Source: Iphione sp. A-MEVVRFRX5 (lineage: Eukaryota). From it: DNA of 64,000 nt. The stretch's first letter is position 1. Each line of letters opens with the position of its first letter. Of this stretch, positions 38,904 through 51,057 are shown piece by piece. The notes under the pieces are model-generated. The model saw only the letters and a list, made by a program, of their open reading frames with translations, was not told the origin of the DNA and made no database searches. Both the position numbers and the translations under genes were made by a program. The stretch covers positions 49,042,001-49,106,000 of the forward strand of contig OZ320323.1 of assembly GCA_976226885.1 (NCBI GenBank), given 5' to 3'.

Positions 38904-39299
38904 TATGTATGTAACTTATACATAAAGAGATATTCCAATACCAGAAATTATTGCCTTCACACAGGATAACCCCTTTTGGTTTCTTTCGAAGCGTATAAAC
39001 CATAGGAGGGAGAAAATGTTCTTCATTAGATCATTCTTGATCATGAATACAAATCGAATGGTGCCACTGGGCCCCCCTCTTAACCCCCCTCCCACCCCCA
39101 CCCCTGCTCTAATAAAAAAAACACCGTTAATTTTCCTGAAATGTTTACAGCCAACAAGCCATGGCCGTGACAGTTCTGACGCGGTGATAACTCCGTTGAA
39201 ATTCCTGCTAATGTGACTCTGGCCTAGCCGCCTCCAGTGCCGCAACTGTTTTGCCCCACTGTTTTCGGTTTGAGATATTTCATTTCGCCTTTTGAATTG

Positions 39300-39560
39300 C
39301 GTGTCTCGTGTCTTGCAATCAGAATTTTAATGTTGACGTGCGCCCGTCTGAATTATCTGTGTCGACGAGACGCTGCGTTCCTTTCCCGTGAACCCCGCCC
39401 CCCCCCCCCCCCACGCCGTGAATTACCGGAAACTGTCAGGGCCTCAGACGTGCGCGGAAGTGCTTTCTGCGCAAGCGCGCGTGTGCGTGTGGGCGGCCAC
39501 TTCCGCTCGAGCGGTGGTGACCAATAGAAAGGGACTATTTTTCGGTGCGGACTACTTTCG
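39300..39560. promoter_or_regulatory. CpG-island-like promoter candidate
   Basis: Opposed ETS sites CGGAAGT (39455) and ACTTCCG (39499), GC box GGGCGG (39491), CCAAT (39521), dense CpG. Confidence 0.45.
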
Positions 39561-40139
39561 ACGGCGGGCTAATCCCCTTTTTAGAGCTTTGATGAACGCA
39601 CACAATCGGAAGTTCATCCTGTCATACGCCGTTATCGGGCGGGTCGATTGTGTGCGGTTGGGGGTGGCGGGTAGGGGGTAGGGGGTAGCGGTGGGTAGGA
39701 GGGGGGGGGGTTTCGGTCGGTGACGTACAAGAGAGGCCTACCGATTGGCCATGCATTGGTTCTTAGCGCGTTCCGTTTCCATGAAAACAGCCTCCGGTAT
39801 GGTAATAACCATTAGAACGTAAGACGGGTATGGCGCCTGTTGAAGAGTGTTAGAAAGGGCGAAATTAATAAGATAAGGGAGGGGGGAGGAGGGGGATATG
39901 GATGAGCAAATAACGAAGAAATGGCCATGGTCGGACATCATATCGGATCAAAATCCTCATGGAACAGCCAGATATGGTTTCATAAGGAATTATTCGAGGA
40001 CTGGGGGGGAAATGTACTCAAAACAAACGGTTTCCCGTGCTCCAGGGTCCTGGGAGGAGAAAGCCGACCTCCACTTCCTCGTCCCTCGACCGCCAATACA
40101 AGGTGCTTCCCCCCCCCCCACCCGTGCAAATCCTTCTCT

Positions 40140-40353
40140 GGGAATTCCCTTAAAACAGTGCTGACTGTCTACAGTCCTTATCTTGAGGCTCAAACCCTCA
40201 ACGGGTGAAACGCTCTATCAGACGTCAGACTACCCCGTGAGTGAATGGTCAGAGGACAGACCACTTGAATGACGTCACAAGGTTTGCTATCACGACTTCC
40301 GGTCTAGTGCGCATGGGCAATGAGTATAAACTTTGTCGACATGGTTGGTGAGT
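40140..40353 (+). promoter_or_regulatory. Promoter candidate with possible micro first exon ATG GTT G|GTGAGT
   Basis: GGGAATTCCC 40140, TGACGTCA 40270, ACTTCCGG 40295, TATAAA 40325, ATG 40341, consensus donor 40348. Confidence 0.4.
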
Positions 40354-40446
40354 AGATGACGTTTGATTTCACTTAAACACTTCATACAGGTAACATTTAT
40401 ATCAAATTTCGAATCATGTCCATTGATTTCCATTGTTATAACGGCG

Positions 40447-40559
40447 ATTAAGCAGTGAATTGGTTCCCTGACAATGTCACTCTTTCCTCAGGAAGGGGCG
40501 TTAATCCCTTCGTGGAGAGTGACATTGTCAGCTGGCAATTCACTGTGACTTCACTTAAT
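40447..40559. ncRNA. Long fold-back hairpin, pri-miRNA-like
   Basis: Perfect 16-bp stem 40468-40483/40516-40531, 10-bp basal stem 40453-40462/40536-40545, outer ATTAAG/CTTAAT pair. The inverted repeat is certain; miRNA status is unproven. Confidence 0.4.
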
Positions 40560-40744
40560 TGCTACAATAGACATTACTGTCCTTAGCGAGTATTGGATGA
40601 TACCCCCGATACCCTCTTGGCTATGGGCATGCTATGTACCATGTTTTCCCGGGCATGTGGGAATGTTTTTTTGAATGGGCCATGTCCCATGCTGTCCTGT
40701 TTTTAAGGGCATACAAGCGGCTTCGCCGCTTGCACTGGTAGTTG

Positions 40745-40759
40745 ACACACACACACACA

Positions 40760-40797
<38 letters not shown>
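40745..40797. repeat. Compound (CA)n(CT)n microsatellite
   Basis: Direct reading. Confidence 0.97.
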
Positions 40798-40799
<2 letters not shown>

Positions 40800-40905
40800 G
40801 GCTTTCCCAAAATGACGTCATCATTGGGGAATTCCAAAACAAACCCTAAACCCCTTTGTAAGAAGGACACTCATTGGCTGGATAGGTTTCAGACATGCGC
40901 AGTGA
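40798..40905. promoter_or_regulatory. NF-kB / CRE / NF-kB composite plus CCAAT
   Basis: GGGGCTTTCCC 40798, TGACGTCA 40813, GGGGAATTCC 40826, ATTGG ~40874. Confidence 0.4.
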
Positions 40906-42179
40906 TCATAATGTATGGAGACTAGTTCCAGCAGCCGTTTTATAAGAGTAGTGTAATTAGTATGTTTGGAATGGGAACTGTAGGTTATCTATTGAGTTAA
41001 TACAATTAAGATGCAAGCTAGATCCTTTACTATTGCAACGATTAACATGCTGTAAAGATTTCACAGCTTTCCACAGCACGTATTATGACATTGCTACATA
41101 GGAACATGCACACATGGAAAGTAAGCATAACGCTCTGGTTGTGACTTTATAGCCGTATGTATAAAGGCTGAAAATATACAAAAAGCTGTAGTATTCCAAT
41201 ATTCACTTTCGATCACTGACTTTTGAGCATGAACAGGTTAAATTAAACAATATGGCAAAGAGACTAAAAATTCACCGGTGATTACCTCATTCCTTCAAAG
41301 ATTTTCTTCGTCCTTGTCAATTATTCTATCTTCTTTTTTAATCGCTCCGTCCTTTTAAGACAATTAGTGCTTCGTATTTGCTGACGTGGGCCTTCTGGTT
41401 ATGAAACATGCCATCGTTTTTCTCTGTGGTGGCATTTCGGACTCGCATTTTAAAAGTAAGATACTGTACTCATAAATATTATTCTCCATACAACCACCAT
41501 CCCATACCCTGTACATACCATACTACCATTTGTTTTTGTCGTTGAAGAAACATAAAAATGTCACTTCTTTTATCGACGCTTTGTTCACTCTGACTGTTGT
41601 TTGACGTATACGGCTTGAAAAATAGAAACTTGGCAAGATGTACATGTAAATTGTGAAATGACTGTGACATATGGAATTCAATCCGACAGGTCTGAATTGA
41701 ATCCAGAACCGGGTGAACAGAGAGCCGAGGGACCCTCCTTTCTCAGTATTGATGCACATGTACGCGGTTGGATTTTTCAGAATGGCATCCAAAAGGTAGA
41801 AGACTGCCCATTAGGTGGGGCGATCTGCTGGACATATGTAAAACGGATGTCCCCTTACTAAAGAAGTCTGGTTTTTGCATCAAATTGCAGAAGAAACCTG
41901 TACCAGACCAATCGGGCGTTCAGAGTTGTAGGCAATTGTGAAAATACCATCTCCATCTGAAGTAGCTAGTTGAAACATGGAAGTGTGGCTGGCAAATGTT
42001 TACCACCGTGCAATGTGAATACTAAAAAAATATTTACATGTGCAACCCATTTTTATGATGAATGAAAAAATAGTATCCTCCACTGGAAGATCTAGCTATC
42101 AATATCAATTTATGAAGTATATCACAGAAAAGACTAGCCCAATGCTGAGGGCCCCGGATGTATGAGCACGTTAAAACTA

Positions 42180-42354
42180 CACTGGGGACTCACGTGGGAG
42201 ACCAAGCCTAGGACTGGTCAATTTTGGTCTCTCCCACTGTTTGGTCTCCCCCCCTGTGAGTTCGTTTATGGTGTTCAGTCTGGGACTGCAAGAGTTTGGT
42301 CTCTCCCCTGGGTTGGTCTCTCTTGTAGGTTGGTCGTTAACTGAAGTCCAACAG
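42180..42354. mobile_element. Family A-related MITE
   Basis: TA|CACTGGGGACTCACGTGGGAGACC; several TTGGTCTCTCCC; ends GTCCAACAG|TA. Confidence 0.65.
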
Positions 42355-43168
42355 TATTTCGGAATCTAGCTATGTTCATGTCGCATTTGAGATTATGAAA
42401 TATTTTCTTTTCATAATCATTAACACTTAATGTGTATGTTGCAAGTCAACCCATATTTTGCAGTACACGAATTAAGGAAGTTCTCATGTTTTCCCAATTC
42501 ATTTCAATTTCCTTTTTCAAGCTAATACATGACTTTTGCATGGCGTCATGACAACCAATCCATCATGGCGGCGATCACGTGCACAGATATATGCCCCACC
42601 CCGAAAAGCGAGCGAGGTCCGTCGAATTCCTGACAGTGTCCCAGCGCTTTTTTTTCGACGGAATCAAGAACGTTTTCCTCCAATTAAGAGGAAATTTGAC
42701 ACATTCCGGCTAACGAATAGGACCCCTGTCTCTCTCTCTCTCTGTCTCTGCGGCTAGTCATTACGTTACAATGATGAATGCGAAAACTTGGGATTAATTC
42801 ACCGTTCTTTTGTTCTACTTTTGTTCGTTTTTATGCTCTTTCTTTCCTTTCTGAGCAAAGGGGATGGGTTTTCTTGTCCTTGTGACTACAATCGCGCGTC
42901 CTCTCCAAGCTCGACCGTCGCGCGTCTTGCCAGCATCTCGCGCCGGGGTTTCTCTGACCTCCTATTCGGAGAGTTGAAATTGTGGCGAAACAGGCTGCTC
43001 AGGCCTGCAAAATACGGGATTCTTGGTCCTCCATCGTTAATTTGGGCATTTCCCTTAGTTTCCTAACTTGTTGGTCACGATATAATTTGTAATGATATTC
43101 TGCAATGTTGTACAGTACTAATATATGTATATTTTATTGTACCGCAAGCCCGTAGCCAAGGGGCTATT

Positions 43169-43336
43169 GGGGGTATCATCTGATACCCCCCGCCTCCACA
43201 AAGACCAGGTGGCCCAGCCAGATAAAAAATGCCCAGGAAGTCAGCAAATGTGAGGAAATATATTGATTGCTTACCAGGAGTTCCACCTCTCTATCCAGGA
43301 GTTCCGACTCTCTAACTAGGAGTTTCCCCTCTCTAA
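43169..43336. repeat. Perfect 10-bp hairpin plus 3 x 21-bp repeat, likely part of a non-autonomous element
   Basis: GGGGGTATCA-TC-TGATACCCCC 43169-43190; CCAGGAGTTCC..CTCTCTA at 43274, 43295 and 43316. Confidence 0.75.
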
Positions 43337-43520
43337 TTTCAGGTATCACCCTTTAAAATCCCTGTCTACAGTGTCCTACCTATAGTACTTAACATCCCAG
43401 CGATCATACATACTGGTTACCGGAACTGCTAAATGACACTTTCATTACTTAATTTGGCTCTGTTTTGTTTTATCGTACGGTATTTGACCTGTATTTCTCC
43501 AATAAAGTCATCCCTCTTTA

Positions 43521-43817
43521 AGGCGCTGCAGTTCACATGCATCCTGACGAAAAATCCATCCCTGTATGCGGGCACAGAGGGACTCCCTGCTGTTTCCTGA
43601 TATTAATTACTTTCTCATGGTCTGCAGATGTCTCTTAACCATTGTGTCTATGGGAATCCGCGTCCAGGTCTGGATTTTTTCTGCTTCATGGATACAAATC
43701 TCGACCTGCATGCGGGTCTGAAAAAATCTGTCTATATGTGAATGCTAGAAGAGCTAAAATCTGGCCCTGTCTGCGGAAGTGGGACAGAATTTTTCTGGAT
43801 GTATGTGAACAGGGCCT
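43521..43817. mobile_element. PIF/Harbinger-like MITE
   Basis: TA|AGGCGCTGCAGTTCACATGCATCC ... GGATGTATGTGAACAGGGCCT|TA inverted termini. Confidence 0.7.
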
Positions 43818-45214
43818 TAGGCTGCATTCCACCGCTATCAATAGTAGGCTCAGCTAATTGATTGTAAAGTAGAAAAGTGTACATTTGAAGGAATGGCCGC
43901 GATGTAATACCTGACAAAAAGGCCTGACAGATGTGATCCAACTCCTACAAGGGTGCCTGTTGGTGCCCAGGTGCTGCAGGTTTTCCCCATGTTAACTCTA
44001 GGGTTGATCAGACCCATCCAGAGCGGAAACTATATGATCACCTATGGCTACAAGACTGTGTTCTGGGTTATCAAGGTCTATATTCTCTCTGAACGTTTCG
44101 ACAGGGGAGTCTAAGGGTAGTGGGGCATCTCAGGTGCTTTTAGGGAGAGGTTGTATCAGGGAGAGAGAAAGCGGAATAGAAGAAATAGGCAGCGCAAATA
44201 TTAAGAACAAAAGGATATGAGAGAAAAAGGGTAGTGAATGGAGGGGTAGAGAGGGCCAGAAATGGCAGGGCCAACAGAGCTTTACGAGAACCATCGAAAT
44301 CGAAAAAGACTGTGATTTGGAAAAAGTGACAGAGGCACATGTACAGGAGGCTGTCAAAAGCAACAATTACCTCGGTCTTTCACTTTACTGTCTGAAAGTT
44401 CGACGTGTAGGTTAAACCGAATTGAACTATGAAGAATCGACTTCTCATTCCTGTCCTGATATTTCGTTGGTTTTGTCTTTCCCCGTTTACTGTGTTACTG
44501 TCTCTACTTTTGCTTTGCGTAGTTCTCTTTCAGTGTACAACCCCTGCCGATGTGATCTACTTCTGTCCATCCTTTCCACTCTGTCTTACTCTCTCCTTTT
44601 GTGTCCACTGGTGTGCCTGTTATTTGTTCCTCTGGTTCCCTCTTGTCTATGTATCTATGCAAGCTACGTCCCTTGCCCTCTCCCGCTGTCTCTCACACTC
44701 TCTTCATCGTTCCTCTGCGTGTGTGTGTGTTCCTGTCAATATATATTACTCTTCTTGTTTCTGTCACTCATTCCCACATTTCGTCCCCCTTCCCCCACCA
44801 TCCTCTTGATGGTCTTCCGCCCTAACCCCAACTTGTTTTTCCCCGCAGCCATCTTGCATTCAGCTGTACCATTCCTGCCCCTCTTTATCACTCCTCTGCA
44901 TGTGTACCTGTCAGTGTCTGATATTCTTTGTGATTCTGTCACTCACTCCCACACTACACTACCTGACCAGCTTGCAGTGCCACCCCCCACCTTCACCACC
45001 ACCACCCTGACATACTTTCCTTGTAGCCATCTTAGATTCAGCCCTACCTTTCCAGTGCCTCTCCATCCTTACCTTCATGTGTGTGCCTGTCAGTATCTAT
45101 TACTCTTCTTGGTTCTGTCAAATGCCGGTTGCAATGGCTACCCATCTTAAGAGCCGATGATCTATATGACTGCCCACAGTCTTTTATGGCCAGTATATTT
45201 CTGTAAATATGGCG

Positions 45215-45284
45215 AACCCTAACCCTAACCCCAACCCTAGTCCTAACCCTAACCCTAACCCTAATTCTAACCCTAACCCTAACC
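45215..45284. repeat. Interstitial telomeric-type (CCCTAA)n / (TTAGGG)n tract, ~11 units
   Basis: AACCCTAACCCTAACC.. with a few variant units. Confidence 0.93.
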
Positions 45285-46620
45285 ACTACAGGACATATTG
45301 ACTGACCACCACAGCCATATAAACCCAGTCATAAGTTACACCGGCCATTCCAACTGGCACCCTTTGCTCGTTCCCACACTATCCCGGACCCACCCAATGG
45401 TTACACCCTCCCCCCCCTTCCACAACCCCAACATCCTTTTTGCTGCAGCAATCGTCCATTCAGCCGTGCTTTTTCAGCCCCCCCCCCCCCACTTTACTCC
45501 TGATTACCTAATTGTCAAACATCAGCTCACCTTCTGTTCCGCCAACAAGTCGTCGGTTCTAAATGCAATCTTCAACTACCATGGGACTATTAATTAGTTC
45601 TTTGCCAACGATCACAACCGTTGGACGTGGCCCGCACTTAGAACGACGTTCTGTGTCGAAAAGGGGGGGGGGTGTCCTTTCTTTTACAATGTGTTTGTTC
45701 TCCCCCAAAACAAAAACAATCGGGCCGCTCCCAAAAGCTGTCTTTTACCATCTTAACGCCCCCGCACCCAACGCCGGCCATCTTCAAACCCACCCACCCA
45801 CCCACCAAACCACCCACCCACCCTCCCACTGCCACTTTGCTGGCTGCTGACTCCTGCCCGCAGATGGCCCGCAGTCGGTTTCTCTTACTGAAAACCGCAT
45901 AATGAATCTTGAATGCGCCACTAATGGCACTGAAAGCATTTCGAGATCAGCTCTAATTATTTAACAAAGGCTCAATGAGGGCAAATTGCCGGCACCCATT
46001 ACCCAGGCCCTGGAGAGAACTGTGCCCCTTGTCGGCAATGATATTGAACTAGATGGCACCTACAAGTTGGGCCTTATGGTATCGACAGTGAATGGTTCGG
46101 GGGCAGGGACAAGGAAAATGGCAATATTTTCAAACATGCAACCAGCTGACATACACTTCGCTAAACATTGTTTATAATTGTTGCTTTTTGCGTAGTTTTC
46201 GGGATTGCTGAGTGTCTAAAGAGGAAACTTTATGAATGACTGAGGTTGACTACTAAGAAACACATAGACATATAGAATAGCTACGACAGTAACGTGGTGG
46301 GTCTCTGTGTGCATTAAGGGTTGAGAATTGGTTTTCTTCCGCGTTAAAAACAGGTCAGAAATACAAACAAGCCTCTGTTAACGATGTACATGTGTTCTTG
46401 GATTCCACTTCTTGCGGGAAAATTTCGTTATCAGAGGCTCATTATTCAGGCTTAGATTTTTATGGATTTTTTTTTGTATTGAAACGTAATAGAAAATGAT
46501 ATATTAGTACATGCTTCTGTTTCTCATGTTATTTTTCAGTGAATCTCGAAAAACATACATGATTTAAAAAGTAACCTGAGGAGATGAACCTCTTCAGAAA
46601 GCAAATTTCATTTTCAGCAG

Positions 46621-46652
46621 GCTCCGTTCTCAGGGTATTCGTTGAGAGAGAG
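46621..46652 (+). CDS. Candidate 32-nt micro-exon (SVLRVFVERE)
   Basis: TTTCATTTTCAGCAG| acceptor, |GTATGC donor, open in phase 1 to 0. Confidence 0.2.
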
Positions 46653-47299
46653 GTATGCCAATACACTGGTTTCAAATACTGCTGAATGTATAGATTTACC
46701 AGAGAAAATAAAGATTAACAATAAAAAGTATATTACACCTGGTTTGTAAGGGATACATGTGAAGTGAAAGTATAACACTGTCATATTTCATCTCCCCGAG
46801 TAAAACATATGAAGCGTACATTTGTACTCTGATTGAAGTCATACCTTTTAATCAAACAGAATCTTATAACGAGGATATTCTGCATAGATCGTATGACTAA
46901 TGCATCGGGTATGATGATTTGACCCATCACTGGAAGGTTTGGACATTGTCCATTTTTTGTCCTGCATTGTGTTTTACTTGATCTACGACTAAATATAATG
47001 AAGAAAATTTATCACAGTAGCAAGAAATGAAATTACATTACATCTTTGATTAGCTAGTATTGCTGAAACCTGTGTTCATTTCATGCTTCCACGATGATCT
47101 CGTTCCAGGAAATCAGAAGCGCTCGAAATAAAACCGTTTAAAAGCTTTAATGTCGATTGAAAATACCAACTCAGGATGGGTAGGGAAACAAAAACTACGT
47201 TTATCCTGAAGCAAGGCACTAAATTAATTTATGCTTTGCATAATGCTTTCAGTATGTTTTCACTTGCCTGAATCCAAATTTCAGATCCCCTTTCTTCAC

Positions 47300-48550
47300 T
47301 TTACCTTTATTTGTAGTTTTGGTAAGGCTTTATAAAATTATTCTCATAAACTTTTCATAAAAGACTCGAAATTATAGTTCTCTGGTTGTTTTCACTTTGC
47401 CACTGCTTGTGGTTTAGGTAAGGCTCTATAGAATATTTCATATAAAGCTTTCATATTGGTCTTTGAAATGTAGTTCTCTAGTTATCTTCATATAGCCACT
47501 GTGTGCTGTTTAGGTATGGCTTGATAAAAGCTTGAGATAGTCTGACCAGTACAAGCACAGGAGATGTACAATCAGACCTGAACCCTACCAACCTACAATA
47601 GCTCAGTATTTGGAGGAATTCCCAGATAACAAATAATCAGGTCCCTGTATGTTTATGTTTGTTTCATCTGATTAGTCAGAACCTGGATGAAATTACTAGG
47701 AACAGAAGGTATACTATCATACTACATCCATCTTGATGTTTGAGGAACTTCCAGATAACAAATCATTTCCCGGTACATTTATGTTTGTTTTTAGCTAGAA
47801 TATTGACTATCTGGATGAAATTATCAAAAACACAGGGGCTGAATCCATTTCTAATATAGGTCAATTGAAACGAGGCAAACGTGTACAATATAGGAAACGC
47901 ACCACCCGCAGCTTAAACTATGCCAATACTGGCGGTAATGAGTAAAGACTGTGCATTCTTCATGTTATTATCGCTGTACAGGTGACACAGTTCGCGGGAA
48001 GCTCAACTCTTGTTAAACTCTATCTGAATACATGTACGTATGTCAACCGCAGAATACTAATATATTGTACTGGCAGTAATAAGCAAACACTGTGCACTCT
48101 TGATGTCATTATATCTCTGTCAGGTGCTATATTTTACGGGAAGGCTAATTCTGTAAACTAAATCTGAATACATGTGTGTGCCACGGCAAAATACTGGTAC
48201 ATTGAGACCTACTTATATCCAGGGATATTTCTGGAGGAGACCTCAACAAGTGAACGGATATTCGTACACATAATATCAACACAGATATGCATATTTGTCC
48301 GAGCAGATAATTATAGAGGGGAACGTGCAAAATCAGGACCTAGAGCATGGAGAGGCTGTTCCTGCCAACATCTCTAGCCTGTCCCTATTCCTGAGCCCCT
48401 TAATATAAGGGACAATAAACCAGTTTGTCCTGTCTGAATCTGTCCCTGTGTCTTATCTGTCTGTCTCTATTCTCAATTCACTAGATATAAAAGACAAACC
48501 AATTTATCTTGTCCAAATCCCTCCCCGTGTCTTATCTGTCCCTATTCCTG
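47300..48550. repeat. Series of short degenerate tandem duplications (~95, ~130, ~140, ~90 bp)
   Basis: GGTAAGGCT x2-3; GAGGAA.T.CCAGATAACAAAT x2; ATCTGAATACATGT x2; CCGTGTCTTATCTGTC-like x2. Confidence 0.75.
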
Positions 48551-50475
48551 GCCGGTCCTGATGGTGGGGTTATACTGATTTTTTTAAAATTAATTTCTTA
48601 GAAAATTAAAGTAAAAATGTGCAAAAAGTTCCGGATGGCCAGAGAACTGCAGACATTAATCGCAAATACCCCTTGCACTTTAAACCGTGTAGTGGCCTAT
48701 AGAGGGACTGTTTCAGAGAGAAGGAGCAGGCAGAGACGTTTGTGCACGTATCCAATTAAGAGGACATGCCCTTATGGCCCCAAATATTTTTAGGGGGGGA
48801 CTGGAGACCTGAGACAGACTTATACAGAATTGTCAGGCCAAAGCCGATCTCCATTGGCAGCCATTAATATGGACTACGCGTGAGAACGTGCTCATCTGTA
48901 TATGTGTGGCATAAGTCTTACTGGGGATGGTTGTATAGAAGTCCTACGTATATGAGTGCACGTATTTGCGAGTGTGTGTGTGTGTTTGAGTGTGTGTGTA
49001 GAGCACTTCATCGAATAAGAGTAAAAGAAAAACTACGAAAAGCCTTAGGGAGCAGGGGTGAAGGTTCAATGTCATTCTGTGTCCTCCCTGTCTCCTGCTG
49101 AACTCCTTTCTACAGAGCCCTGCAGCCCCCCTCCGTCCCCCACTCTCTGTCCGCTGTCTGCCCCCCTCCCTCCTGCCCCCCTCTCCCCGCTCTCCTTTTT
49201 TGCCGTGTAACGGGCTGGTAATGGGTAAACCGCCTCAAGACGTTTCACTCAGAATCAGATTAATACGCCGGTGCGGCGTGCGTCGCCGGAATAATCGGCG
49301 CTGTCGTCGAGGCCCTGACAATTGGATTAATGCGCGTAATCAGTTTTATCTTCTAACATGGCGGCGCTCGGCTGTGTCTACACTCTTCACCAGTAGCAGC
49401 AGAGAGAGAACACACGCACACGTATACACACGCAGACACACACACACACAAATACACACAGGGTGTAGCCGGTACGCACTCCATCATCTACAGAGAAGTG
49501 TGTACATATATACATACAGACATACAGACATACGTATATATACACTGCTGTCTGTCAGTGAGAGGAGCAGGAGGATCTACAGTACTATGAACCAGCACTA
49601 AACTCGTACGTTCGTTATCCATAAAGGCCGAAATACCCATAACCCATAACCTCTAGCGTTCTCACTGTTCCACGCTTTGTCTCTATCTTCCGTTCCAGCT
49701 ATGGTGCTGTTTGTATGGCTGTTTGGCTATCTATCTATCCACATGAATAAGTATGCACATACATACGTACACTGTTGGTGAGGGGGGCATTGATACAACC
49801 TTCATACCTACACACATGAATACATACAAATATCCCAGCTACATACACATACACTCACACATACATGCATACATACATCCAAATGTCACCACTACATACA
49901 TACATACATACATACATACATACACACAAATCACGCATCCTCGCCCCGAAGTACATATCATACACCCTCAGACAAAAACCTGTCCACCCCAACCAACATG
50001 TGCTGACTTTTAACTTGCCCGCCTCACCTGCTCACCCACGTAATAACGTCCCCTGTCGTTTAGTAAACTTAGAACCACTTGTTCGTAAAAAGCTTTGACA
50101 CAAAGACAAAAACAAAGCTGATAGTTCTATTGCTGCATAACGATACCACTTAAATCCAGTTACGCCTTGAGGGGATCACTCCCTGTTTTCTGCGGGATTC
50201 TTCAGAAATTAAATGGAAGCCAGGGTGGTTTTAGCGTTTCAGAGATCCTTACTATGCTAAGGCTCCTTCCTTTCCCCTAGTAATTGCTTTACATATACTT
50301 TGGTCTTTCTTTTTAACTGAAGCTTATCAATTGTAATCCTTTCTATTTAGAGTGAGACAGTAATAGACTATTTTCTCTCTCTGAGGCAATTGCTTGAGAA
50401 TTTTGAAATTTTAACCGTTCACAGGGTTGAGTTACTGTGTCAAGGACAAAGTAAAAAGCTCATACATTCTGGCAG

Positions 50476-50517
50476 ATCAGAGGAAGAAATAGTGAAATCC
50501 CGGTGGGTATCTACAAG
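50476..50517 (+). CDS. Candidate 42-nt exon (IRGRNSEIPVGIYK)
   Basis: CATTCTGGCAG| acceptor (weak), AAG|GTAATG donor, open in phase 0 to 0. Confidence 0.18.
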
Positions 50518-51057
50518 GTAATGTTTCTTCTCATATGGTAACATAGTTATGAGGGAGCTTTTAGCAATTCGCCGAAATACAATCGTTCCTTAGCTATTAT
50601 GATGGGGAGGATTTGTTTGCTTACTCAACTGAAGAAGAAAAAGCATTTCAAAAACCAAAATAACATTCAGGTCATGGAAGCAATCATACCATCAAGAACC
50701 TCTCATCATATAGACAGGTCGGAAATAGAGAGGTCAGCTTTGCAGAGAAGCAACCGACTATAGAACATCTCGAAGTTTAGACCCTTGGATAAAAGAATTT
50801 CCTTACAATTAAGACTAATAGTAGTAGTAGTAGTCCCTACAGGAGTGCATGTTCTATCGACTCGACAATATTCAACCAAAAGGAAAGTGGACATTGCAAC
50901 ATTGTCAGTTATTTTGTTTGACCAGTCTTCTTCAATTCAACATTACAGAATGGTCTGCCTGTAGACCATATTTTATCCCATCTTTACGGGGACTTCTCTA
51001 ACAAGTCCCTCCGGAGTTCACATTAACGTGAACCTACATCCTTAGTTTGTCAAGCAC

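Noticed and set aside
44422-45150. Longest ORF in the track (242 aa)
   Set aside because: C/T-rich repetitive DNA depleted of stop codons; Leu/Ser/Pro/Cys-rich with no recognisable domain.
45215-45284. True chromosome end
   Set aside because: Short, degenerate and flanked by ordinary sequence on both sides.
45923-45945. miR-183/263-like sequence AATGGCACTG..
   Set aside because: Only the first 10 nt match well, and there is no proper complementary arm at pre-miRNA distance.
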